Virus record (IMG/VR): IMGVR_UViG_3300025732_000018
Origin: a virus
Length of the DNA stretch: 64,000 bases
Reading direction: 5' to 3' (one strand)
Positions 30,019 through 37,725 of this stretch are shown piece after piece (the first letter of the stretch is position 1; each line of letters begins with the position of its first letter). Below the pieces are notes generated by a model. It was not told where the DNA came from, ran no database searches, and worked only from the letters and a program-made list of their open reading frames with translations. The position numbers were made by a program, and so were the translations under genes.

Positions 30019-30267
30019 ATGGACAATGAAGTAACTGCGGCAGACGTAGTCAATGGAATCATGAGTGGAAACTCGATGGATGCCAAGAGCGCCTTCGACT
30101 CGCTGGTAACGGCTAGAGTCGGAGAGTTGATAAACATGGCAAGACCGGACGTAGCGGCGTCGCTGTTCTCAGACGACGAGGTTCGGGTCGAGGAAGACAT
30201 CAACACGAATCTAGATAGCGAAGAAGGATCAGTAGATGGCGATCAAGTTCAATCAGTTCCAGAGTAA
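30019..30267 (+). CDS. Prohead core protein (gp67-like)
   Basis: Small acidic protein directly after the portal gene, in the T4 gp67 position. Confidence 0.6.
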   Translation: MDNEVTAADVVNGIMSGNSMDAKSAFDSLVTARVGELINMARPDVAASLFSDDEVRVEEDINTNLDSEEGSVDGDQVQSVPE

Positions 30268-32146
30268 GATCGAGGAGATCTATACTCCTCGAGCAGAAGA
30301 CGAGAAGCGCTTCGCCGCTAAGCACGTCGTCGCCGTCACCAAGGACGCGGCCGGCAACCCTCCTGACTTTGCCACCAAGGGCATGGCCGGGAAGAAGAAG
30401 CGACTCGCGGACACCGACTCTGAGGAGCAGAAGAAGGTTTACGAGTACGCGTATCCCTACGTTCCTAATCAGATAGCCTACGAAGATGACGACTCCGGCG
30501 AGACTGAGGTCGAGCCGTCTGAGCCAGCAGAGACTGACTACGAGGGTGAGATGGCCAAGGCCGAGCTCAGGGCGGTAGCGTCTAAGGCTGGGGCTCTTGC
30601 CCAGATGATGGACGACGAGATGGAGCTAGAAGCTTGGCTTCAGTCAAAGATCTCGGTCGCTAAGAAAGACATCGACACCGTGTACGACTACGTTGTCTTC
30701 AGCATGATGCCGAGGATGAACACCGAGGAGTTCGAGTCTGCTCTCGAGATGCTCTCTGAGGAAGCCCTTGAAGAGGTGCTCAGAAAGTCTGACTCAGCTG
30801 GCAAGTGGATCAGCGACTTCGTTCACTCTGACAACCCAAAGTTCAAGGGTAAGTCAAAGAAGCAGAGGATGAAGCAGGCTCTCGCGGCTTACTACGCTAA
30901 GCAGCGCAACGAGTCGGTCGAGATGGACGAGGCTCGTCGCAGCGAGGACTATCTCGGTACCGTTCACAAGGATGACCCAGACTACGACAAGAAGATCGCT
31001 GCTTATAGGAAAGATCACGTAGTAAGAATTCGCGGTCGAGCACCGAAGCCAGAGCATAAAGACAAGTACAAGCGCGGCGGTGAGCTCTATCGCTCTTCGT
31101 CTCAAGACGTCAAGCCTGAGCACGCTTCTAGAGTAGACATCTATTCTCGCGGTAAGAAGAAGACCGTCAAGGAAGAGGTCGATCTCGAAGAGGGTGTGGT
31201 CGACGTATACGCTCACGAGCGCAAGGACGACAGCCACAAACTACAGGACTGGTCGAAGGCCAAGCTAGACAAGTATAGAAAGATGCCACACGGCTCTCAT
31301 TCTAACAAGGACATCGAGGACGAGCACAAACGTCGAATCAGGACCTCTGAGTACGAGATGCGCTCCAAGGAGCCAGTCAAGGAAGAGGTCGAGCAGATCG
31401 ACGAGCTCTCGAAGAAGACCATGCTTAGCTACGTCGACAAAGCTCTAAGAGACAAGAGAAGAACTGATCGTGCACATGGTATTGAGAGCAACAAGCCATA
31501 CTCTACGTCAGCTGCTGGAAAAAGTGACTATAGTGTCAAGTTGCTCGGCAAAGAGTCTGACAAGCGTCACAAAGGTATCGTGACGGCAACTAAGAAGCTA
31601 GCTAAAGAAGACGTCGAGCAGATCGACGAGCTCTCAAAGAAGACTCTAGGTTCTTACATTAAGAAGTCTGCAGAAAAAGTTCATAAGTCGTCTTTCATGG
31701 CTGCTAAAGATAAGCCAGAAAATGCTGCTAAGCATGGTATGGATTCTTATAAGCGTATTGAAGGTATTCGCAAAGCTACAGATAAGTTAACCAAAGAAGA
31801 AGTTGAGCTAGACGAGGCAAAGCGCGGTCGTCCTCGCAAAGACGGATCTTCATCCGGTGAGGACGAGGGTGGTCGCGAGCACATTGTGATTCAGCTTCGC
31901 AAGGCCATCAACCTTCGCGGTCAGAAGCACGTCGAGTTCAACAGCGGTGAGAAGCATCAGGTTCCAGTCGATCATGCTAAGAAAGCTCTCGACATGCACG
32001 ACTCGATGAAGAAGGCTGAGGACAAGCAGGACTTTGCTGCTAGACTCGCTAAGTCTCACGGCAGCTTTAAGGATGCTATCTCCGGCAAGCCTGCTGAGCC
32101 TAAGAAGCCTAAGATCACTCTTGCCAAGTTCGCAGGTAAGAAATGA
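30236..32146 (+). CDS. Expanded prohead core / internal-protein precursor (gp68 position)
   Basis: Lies between the gp67-like gene and gp21. Basic modules separated by repeated acidic KEEVE(Q/L)(I)DE linkers. Confidence 0.6.
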   Translation: MAIKFNQFQSKIEEIYTPRAEDEKRFAAKHVVAVTKDAAGNPPDFATKGMAGKKKRLADTDSEEQKKVYEYAYPYVPNQIAYEDDDSGETEVEPSEPAETDYEGEMAKAELRAVASKAGALAQMMDDEMELEAWLQSKISVAKKDIDTVYDYVVFSMMPRMNTEEFESALEMLSEEALEEVLRKSDSAGKWISDFVHSDNPKFKGKSKKQRMKQALAAYYAKQRNESVEMDEARRSEDYLGTVHKDDPDYDKKIAAYRKDHVVRIRGRAPKPEHKDKYKRGGELYRSSSQDVKPEHASRVDIYSRGKKKTVKEEVDLEEGVVDVYAHERKDDSHKLQDWSKAKLDKYRKMPHGSHSNKDIEDEHKRRIRTSEYEMRSKEPVKEEVEQIDELSKKTMLSYVDKALRDKRRTDRAHGIESNKPYSTSAAGKSDYSVKLLGKESDKRHKGIVTATKKLAKEDVEQIDELSKKTLGSYIKKSAEKVHKSSFMAAKDKPENAAKHGMDSYKRIEGIRKATDKLTKEEVELDEAKRGRPRKDGSSSGEDEGGREHIVIQLRKAINLRGQKHVEFNSGEKHQVPVDHAKKALDMHDSMKKAEDKQDFAARLAKSHGSFKDAISGKPAEPKKPKITLAKFAGKK

Positions 32147-32394
32147 GTACTGTCTACAAGTTTCTAGGTACTCAGGTAGCTCTCAGCTCAGCTAACAACG
32201 TTAACTCGAGCGGACTAATCAGAGTCATCAACAACAGCGCTACGGCGGGAGTTCTTACCGTAGCGTACGCCAACGGAACAACCTACGCTAACACCACCCT
32301 AGGTCCCAACGAGTCTATCATCGTTGAGAAGGGTAAGACAGACACACTGGCCGGATCTAGCATGCTAGGCACACCAGTAGCTTACAGGAACTGA
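32143..32394 (+). CDS. Hypothetical small beta-rich virion-module protein
   Basis: ATGA overlap with the upstream gene; 83 aa. Confidence 0.6.
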   Translation: MSTVYKFLGTQVALSSANNVNSSGLIRVINNSATAGVLTVAYANGTTYANTTLGPNESIIVEKGKTDTLAGSSMLGTPVAYRN

Positions 32395-32398
32395 TCTA

Positions 32399-33064
32399 AT
32401 GAAGCTCATTAGAGAGATCGTAGAAGAAGTTAAGTTCGTCAAAGAGGCGAACGAGAGCAAGGGCAAGGACTACTACATCGAGGGAGTGTTCATGCAGGCC
32501 GAGCGAGTAAATCGCAACGGTCGCGTCTACCCGATGGGAGTCATGCTCAAGGAAGTAAACAGGTACTGCACCGAGAGCGTCGACAAGAATCGCGCCTACG
32601 GTGAGCTAGGTCACCCATCGGGCCCTACCATCAACCTTGACCGCGTGTCTCACATGATCAAGGAGCTGAGAGTGGACGGGTCAAACATCATCGGACGCGC
32701 CAAGATCATGGACACCCCGATGGGAAACATCGTCAAGAACCTCATGGACGAGGGAGCCTCCCTAGGAGTCTCTTCAAGAGCGATGGGAAGCCTGAAGCCG
32801 AAGAACGGAGTGATGGAGGTACAAGAAGACTTCCACCTCGCCACGGCAGCCGACATCGTCGCGGATCCTTCTGCCCCTGACGCGTACGTTAGCGCGGTAA
32901 TGGAGAGCGCCGACTGGGTCTACGTCGAGGGAAAGGGTTGGATAGAGCAGTTCATCGACGACGCTAAGAGGACTATAAAGAACGCCTCGTCCAATGAGTT
33001 GGCCGAGAAGAAGGTTCAAGTCTTCTCTCAGTTCATGAAGCTTCTGTCCGAGGGTAAGAATTAA
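32399..33064 (+). CDS. gp21: Prohead protease gp21
   Basis: NRNGRVYP, GELGHP, GVSSRAMGSL and DIVADPSAPDA. Confidence 0.95.
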   Translation: MKLIREIVEEVKFVKEANESKGKDYYIEGVFMQAERVNRNGRVYPMGVMLKEVNRYCTESVDKNRAYGELGHPSGPTINLDRVSHMIKELRVDGSNIIGRAKIMDTPMGNIVKNLMDEGASLGVSSRAMGSLKPKNGVMEVQEDFHLATAADIVADPSAPDAYVSAVMESADWVYVEGKGWIEQFIDDAKRTIKNASSNELAEKKVQVFSQFMKLLSEGKN

Positions 33065-33071
33065 GCTTTTT

Positions 33072-33079
33072 TATAAATA
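33072..33079 (+). promoter_or_regulatory. Late promoter TATAAATA for gp22
   Basis: Exact consensus, intergenic. Confidence 0.8.
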
Positions 33080-33106
33080 AAAAGAAGCGCTTCAAAGGAG
33101 TAGTAA

Positions 33107-34105
33107 ATGTCTAAAGATAAAAAGCAAGAGGAACTCGTTGAGTTCAAGGCTACCGGGGAGAACTCGATGGTAGCCGATCCGGTCGCCGGAGGCAACCCCC
33201 ACGCTAATCGTCCGGCCGACAAGACCGAGGGCGAGAAGGCTATGCCAAAGCTGACCAAGTACCAGATCCTCGCCGACATCATGGCCGCGGCTTCTAAGAT
33301 GAACAAGGAGAACCTCTCCTCGATTCACAGCAAGGTCAACGAGATGTGCGGACCTGGCACTAAGAAGAAGACCGTCAACGAGATGGTCAAGGAAGACATC
33401 ACCGAACTGTTCGGCAGCGAGTTGACTGAAGAGTTCATCGACAAGGCTTCGACGATCTTTGAGGCTGCAGTGTCGACTAAGGTAGAGACTGAGCTAGCTC
33501 GTCTCGAAGAAGAGTTTAATGCCAAGCTGACCGAAGAGACCGAGAAGCATCTCGCCGAGATGACCGAGAAGGTTGACCAGTACGTCACTTACATCGCAGA
33601 AGAGTGGATGAAGGAAAACGCCCTCGAGGTTGAGGCCGGACTCCGCACTGAAATGACAGAGAGCTTCCTCGCTGGTCTCAAGTCGCTCCTTGAAGAGCAC
33701 TACGTAGAGATCCCAGACGAAAAAGTGGAGGTTGTGGAAACCCTAGCCGAGAAGATCGAGGAGCTCGAAGCAAAGCTCAACGAGGAGATCGACTCCAAGG
33801 TAGCCATGAGAAAGACCATCGAGGAGATGCAGGCTCAGAAGATCCTTGACGAACTGACTGAAGGACTCGCTGAGACTCAGAAAGAGAAGTTCCGCACTCT
33901 TGCCGAGAACATTGAATACGCCGACAACGACGAGCTCAGGAAGAAACTTGAGATCCTCAAGGAGTCGTACTTCAAGGCCTCAGAGAAGGTGACCGGTAAG
34001 GAAGATGAGCTCATCTCTGACGCTGTTGAGCCTCTCAACGAGCAGACCGTCGATCCGAGAGTATCGAGGTACGTTACCGCTCTGTCGCGAACCATCAAGA
34101 AATAA
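33107..34105 (+). CDS. gp22: Prohead scaffold protein gp22
   Basis: KASTIFEAAV, EEWMKEN and ILKESYF; acidic coiled coil. Confidence 0.92.
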   Translation: MSKDKKQEELVEFKATGENSMVADPVAGGNPHANRPADKTEGEKAMPKLTKYQILADIMAAASKMNKENLSSIHSKVNEMCGPGTKKKTVNEMVKEDITELFGSELTEEFIDKASTIFEAAVSTKVETELARLEEEFNAKLTEETEKHLAEMTEKVDQYVTYIAEEWMKENALEVEAGLRTEMTESFLAGLKSLLEEHYVEIPDEKVEVVETLAEKIEELEAKLNEEIDSKVAMRKTIEEMQAQKILDELTEGLAETQKEKFRTLAENIEYADNDELRKKLEILKESYFKASEKVTGKEDELISDAVEPLNEQTVDPRVSRYVTALSRTIKK

Positions 34106-34110
34106 TTGGT

Positions 34111-34118
34111 TATAAATA
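34111..34118 (+). promoter_or_regulatory. Late promoter TATAAATA for gp23
   Basis: Exact consensus, intergenic. Confidence 0.82.
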
Positions 34119-34146
34119 AATCTAAGAAACAACAAGGAGCACTATA

Positions 34147-35508
34147 ATGTTTCTAAACGAAGAAGTTCAAAACAAGTGGAAGGCGGTCCTCGACCACGAG
34201 TCGCTTTCTCCGATTAAGGACACTCACCGCCGCTCGGTTACCGCGGTCCTCCTCGAGAACACCGAGAAGGAATCGGCTGCTCAGCGTGGTTGGGCTCCTC
34301 AGAGCCTCCTGGAAGCCGGTCCGGCTAACCAGATGGGTGCGTCTTCATCGACTGCATCTGACGGCGCTATCGACACCTACGATCCGGTTCTCATCTCGCT
34401 CGTTCGTCGCGCGGCTCCGAACCTGATCGCCTACGACCTCTGCGGCGTTCAGCCGATGACCGGTCCTACCGGCCTCATCTTCGCTATGCGCTCACGCTAC
34501 GCCAACCAGGTCGGCACTGAGGCCTTCTACAACGAAGCCAACACTGAGTTCGCCTCGGTCGGTTACAACGGCTCTGTAGCTGCTCCTGGCAGCCAGCAGG
34601 TCGGCACCGCTCCTGGCACCCAGACCGGTTACCTCGGTTCGGCTGGTGACGGCCTCGCGAGCGCCTACAACTACGCACAGGGTATGTCGACCGCTCAGGC
34701 TGAGCAGCTCGGCGACGTTGCCAACGCTGCCTTCGCTGAGATGGCTTTCTCGATCGAGAAGGTTACCGTCACTGCTAAGAGCCGCGCCCTCAAGGCTGAG
34801 TACACCATGGAACTGGCTCAGGACCTCAAGGCGATCCACGGACTGGACGCTGAGACCGAACTAGCCAACATCCTCAGCACCGAGATCCTGGCCGAAATCA
34901 ACCGCGAAGTAGTTCGTACCATCAACGTATCGGCCGTCCGCGGCGCGAACACTGGTACAACCACTGCCGGTATCTTCGACCTCGACACCGACTCAAACGG
35001 CCGCTGGTCGGTTGAAAAGTTCAAGGGCCTCATGTTCCAGCTCGAGCGTGAAGCTAACCAACTTGCCAAGGACACCCGTCGCGGCAAGGGTAACATCATC
35101 CTCTGCTCGTCAGACGTCGCGTCTGCCCTCCAGATGGCTGGTGTTCTTGACTACACCCCGGCTCTCAACAGCAACTCGCTGAACGTAGACGACACTGGCA
35201 ACACCTTCGCCGGCGTTCTCAACGGTCGCTTCAAGGTCTACATCGATCCGTACACCACTGGCAACTACGCTACTGTCGGTTACAAGGGCGCCTCGGCATT
35301 CGACGCCGGCCTCTTCTACTGCCCGTACGTTCCGCTGCAGATGGTTCGCGCGGTTGGTGAGAACAGCTTCCAGCCGAAGATCGGATTCAAGACCCGCTAC
35401 GGCATGGTCGCTAACCCGTTCTCACGCGGAGCTACCGCTTCTGACGGCACCATTCTCACCGCTCAGAACGTCTACTATCGCAGGATCGTTGTTAACAACA
35501 TCATGTAA
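34147..35508 (+). CDS. gp23: Major capsid protein gp23
   Basis: GVQPMTGPTGLIFAMR, ELAQDLKAIHGLDAE and FQPKIGFKTRYG. Confidence 0.97.
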   Translation: MFLNEEVQNKWKAVLDHESLSPIKDTHRRSVTAVLLENTEKESAAQRGWAPQSLLEAGPANQMGASSSTASDGAIDTYDPVLISLVRRAAPNLIAYDLCGVQPMTGPTGLIFAMRSRYANQVGTEAFYNEANTEFASVGYNGSVAAPGSQQVGTAPGTQTGYLGSAGDGLASAYNYAQGMSTAQAEQLGDVANAAFAEMAFSIEKVTVTAKSRALKAEYTMELAQDLKAIHGLDAETELANILSTEILAEINREVVRTINVSAVRGANTGTTTAGIFDLDTDSNGRWSVEKFKGLMFQLEREANQLAKDTRRGKGNIILCSSDVASALQMAGVLDYTPALNSNSLNVDDTGNTFAGVLNGRFKVYIDPYTTGNYATVGYKGASAFDAGLFYCPYVPLQMVRAVGENSFQPKIGFKTRYGMVANPFSRGATASDGTILTAQNVYYRRIVVNNIM

Positions 35509-35539
35509 TAATCAAGATCGGGGTTCACCCGATAAGACT

Positions 35540-35566
35540 AAGGGGGGCTTCGGCCCCCCTTTTTTA
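35540..35566 (+). terminator. Rho-independent terminator with UUCG tetraloop
   Basis: AGGGGGGC-TTCG-GCCCCCCT followed by a T-run, just after gp23. Confidence 0.9.
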
Positions 35567-35854
35567 TTCCCTAGAGATCTTCTTGCCAGTCTCTCGTAGC
35601 TTTCGATGCTCGTTTGGTACCATGTAGTACTCTAGAGCAGCTATGATAGAGTCTCGAAACTTGATCTGGTCGTTCATGTTCTCAGCTAGGTATGAGCTCT
35701 TGACTGGATCGACCGCCTCTGTCTCACGCGCGTTACCGATCTGCTCACACAGTAACAGGTAGTCCTGGGACAGTACGTCTCGCAGCACCTTGTCCAAGCT
35801 CTCAGGCTCGAGCTCCACGTTCATGGTGGCCTTCACCTTGATCTTACCGTTCAT
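35564..35854 (-). CDS. Hypothetical protein
   Basis: 96-aa ORF with GGAG SD, downstream of the tRNAs on the same strand. Confidence 0.65.
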   Translation of the reverse strand: MNGKIKVKATMNVELEPESLDKVLRDVLSQDYLLLCEQIGNARETEAVDPVKSSYLAENMNDQIKFRDSIIAALEYYMVPNEHRKLRETGKKISRE

Positions 35855-35877
35855 AACAAATAGTCTCCAAATAGTGA

Positions 35878-35954
35878 TGGTGCCCGCGGTAGGACTCGAA
35901 CCTACACTTAGGAGGGTTTAAAGCTCTTGCCTCTGCCGGTTGGGCTACGCGGGC
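35878..35954 (-). tRNA. tRNA-Leu(UAA), short variable loop, imperfect anticodon stem
   Basis: GCCCGCG acceptor stem, GTAGG-TTCGAGT-CCTAC T-arm, loop TTTAAAC, encoded CCA. Confidence 0.75.
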
Positions 35955-35957
35955 AAT

Positions 35958-36032
35958 TGGTGGGCGCGGTAGGACTCGAACCTACACTCAGACCGTTATG
36001 AGCGGCCGGCTTCACCTTTAAGCTACACGCCC
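35958..36032 (-). tRNA. tRNA with CAU anticodon, probably Ile2 (lysidine type)
   Basis: GGCCG-CTCATAA-CGGTC anticodon arm, paired G1-C72 (so not initiator), encoded CCA. Resembles proteobacterial Ile2 tRNAs. Confidence 0.8.
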
Positions 36033-36069
36033 TATAGACCAGGGGATCGCACCCCCTGATCATTTATGC

Positions 36070-36318
36070 TTAGACCGACTGTTGAGCCAGAGCTCGGTAG
36101 CCGGCGGCGATCACTTCTCGCGACGGCGTGCCGAGGCGGTACTTCATAGTGATACCTTCCTTGGTCTTACGCTCGTTGAGGTAGATCGGGTAGCCCTGCA
36201 TGCGGAGAGACGAGATCGTGGCGGTGACGTTGGCCACCCCGTAACGAGACTCGATCTGAGCCTTGGTGAGCTCCTCGCCGTTCATGAAGGCATTCAGTAC
36301 GCGCTGTGCATTAGACAT
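36070..36318 (-). CDS. Small winged-HTH DNA-binding protein
   Basis: LTKAQIESRYGVANVTATISSLRMQGYPIY helix-turn-helix pattern. Confidence 0.7.
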   Translation of the reverse strand: MSNAQRVLNAFMNGEELTKAQIESRYGVANVTATISSLRMQGYPIYLNERKTKEGITMKYRLGTPSREVIAAGYRALAQQSV

Positions 36319-36373
36319 TCTAAAACCTCTTAGTTCGTTTCACATGTGTGCGGTCTTAGCTGACCGTATTATT

Positions 36374-36402
36374 AAAGTAAGCCATTATGAAAATAATGTC
36401 AA
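36374..36402 (-). promoter_or_regulatory. Sigma70-like early promoter, copy 1
   Basis: TTGACA-17-TACTTT; shares GTTGACATTATTT with copies 2 and 3. Confidence 0.7.
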
Positions 36403-36407
36403 CTAGA

Positions 36408-36515
36408 TTAGTGAGGGGTCTCTAGGGAGCCGACCAGAACCATCCCAGCCAGAAAGAAACCGATCACCAGCCAGAACCAGACTCGCTGAAACTCGGGAGA
36501 ATCGATATGGTACAT
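36408..36515 (-). CDS. 35-aa single-transmembrane peptide (absent from the ORF track)
   Basis: MYHIDSPEFQRVWFWLVIGFFLAGMVLVGSLETPH, with GAGG SD and its own promoter. Confidence 0.6.
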   Translation of the reverse strand: MYHIDSPEFQRVWFWLVIGFFLAGMVLVGSLETPH

Positions 36516-36544
36516 GTTAACCTCTTACCTTTCCTTATATTCTT

Positions 36545-36573
36545 ATAGTAGTCCATTTCACAAATAATGTCAA
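36545..36573 (-). promoter_or_regulatory. Sigma70-like early promoter, copy 2
   Basis: TTGACA-17-TACTAT. Confidence 0.75.
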
Positions 36574-36649
36574 CCAGATCCTCTGGAATGGTTAACAGAA
36601 GGTTAATGGTCCTATCTAAAGGGCTTTTTATGTGTTGTCGTTATAACCT

Positions 36650-36677
36650 ATTATAAGAGCTCTGGAAATAATGTCAA
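36650..36677 (-). promoter_or_regulatory. Sigma70-like early promoter, copy 3
   Basis: TTGACA-16-TATAAT. Confidence 0.7.
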
Positions 36678-36690
36678 CCGAATAGAACGG

Positions 36691-36698
36691 CATAAATA
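36691..36698 (+). promoter_or_regulatory. Late promoter CATAAATA for the gp3-like gene
   Basis: NATAAATA followed by AGGAGG SD and ATG 36716. Confidence 0.7.
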
Positions 36699-36715
36699 GC
36701 ACAGGAGGACCGACC

Positions 36716-37228
36716 ATGGCAATCATAGAGAAGCAGCCTACGAATCCGAACTTTCTGACTGGAGCAGGGTTTCAGTTCAACCTGTCCAGGACACCAAACG
36801 TTAACTTCTTTGCCACGAGAGCCACCCTCCCGACGATCGATCTTGGATACATCGACGTGAACACTCCGTTCGTCAGGCTTCCGAACCCAGGAATCAACCT
36901 GACCTTCGGAGACTTCAACTTAACGTTCAAGGTCGACGAGGACATGAAGAACTACTTTGAGATATACGACTGGCTGATCCAGCTCGGCTTCCCAGACTCG
37001 TTCACTCAGTACACCGCAGGCCGCGTCTCTCCGACAGACAAGAACTACTCGGACGGAACTCTGATGGTCATGTCGAGCAAGCACAATCCCAACCTAGTAG
37101 TCACGTTCCAGGACATGTTTCCGATCCTGCTGTCAGAGCTGAGCTTCAGCTACGAGGATACGGACGTCGAGACACTAGAGGCTACCGTAACTTTCCGCTA
37201 CAAGAAGTTCTCCATAGAAAAGCTCTAA
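36716..37228 (+). CDS. gp3: Tail tube terminator / tail completion protein gp3
   Basis: NFL...FQF...P.VNFF, FKVDEDMKNYFEIYDW and SDGTL...F.DMFP..LS. Confidence 0.85.
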   Translation: MAIIEKQPTNPNFLTGAGFQFNLSRTPNVNFFATRATLPTIDLGYIDVNTPFVRLPNPGINLTFGDFNLTFKVDEDMKNYFEIYDWLIQLGFPDSFTQYTAGRVSPTDKNYSDGTLMVMSSKHNPNLVVTFQDMFPILLSELSFSYEDTDVETLEATVTFRYKKFSIEKL

Positions 37229-37290
37229 TATCAGTTTACTTTTTTTACAGAGTTTGTTATATTAAAGAGTAGACCTATGGAGACTTTGAC

Positions 37291-37725
37291 ATGGACATCG
37301 CGGAAATTCACGACTTGTGGGATCAAGACTCTAAGATAGATCCAACCGACCTAGGGACCGCGAGCCTCATAATCCCACAGCTTCACGCCAAGTACATGCG
37401 TCTCTACACGACTGAGAAGCTGACTCTCAAGAAGATGGAGCAGGGACACAAGGAGCTCGTCCGACTGAAGTGGGAGTACTATGGCGGCACGCTTGACGAG
37501 GAGACTCTCTCCGAGAACGGATGGAGACCGAACCCTCTCAAGATCCTTCGCTCCGACATTCCGATGCACCTAGACTCGGATCAGGACATCATAAAGTCCA
37601 ACCTCAAGACCGCATACATAAGAGAGAAAGTCGATCTGTTAGAAGCGATCGTCAAGACTCTGAACAACCGAGGCTTCCTCATAAAGAACTACATAGACTG
37701 GTACAAGTTTACTAATGGGGCGTGA
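37291..37725 (+). CDS. uvsY: Recombination mediator UvsY
   Basis: W.QDSKID, IPQLHAKY and NNRGFLIKNYIDWYKF; precedes uvsW. Confidence 0.88.
   Translation: MDIAEIHDLWDQDSKIDPTDLGTASLIIPQLHAKYMRLYTTEKLTLKKMEQGHKELVRLKWEYYGGTLDEETLSENGWRPNPLKILRSDIPMHLDSDQDIIKSNLKTAYIREKVDLLEAIVKTLNNRGFLIKNYIDWYKFTNGA

Noticed and set aside
35878-35954. Ochre-suppressor reading (UUA anticodon) of the first tRNA, implying genetic-code reassignment
   Set aside because: Standard numbering from the D-arm gives a UAA anticodon. Core genes are full length in code 11 and use TAA as a normal stop.
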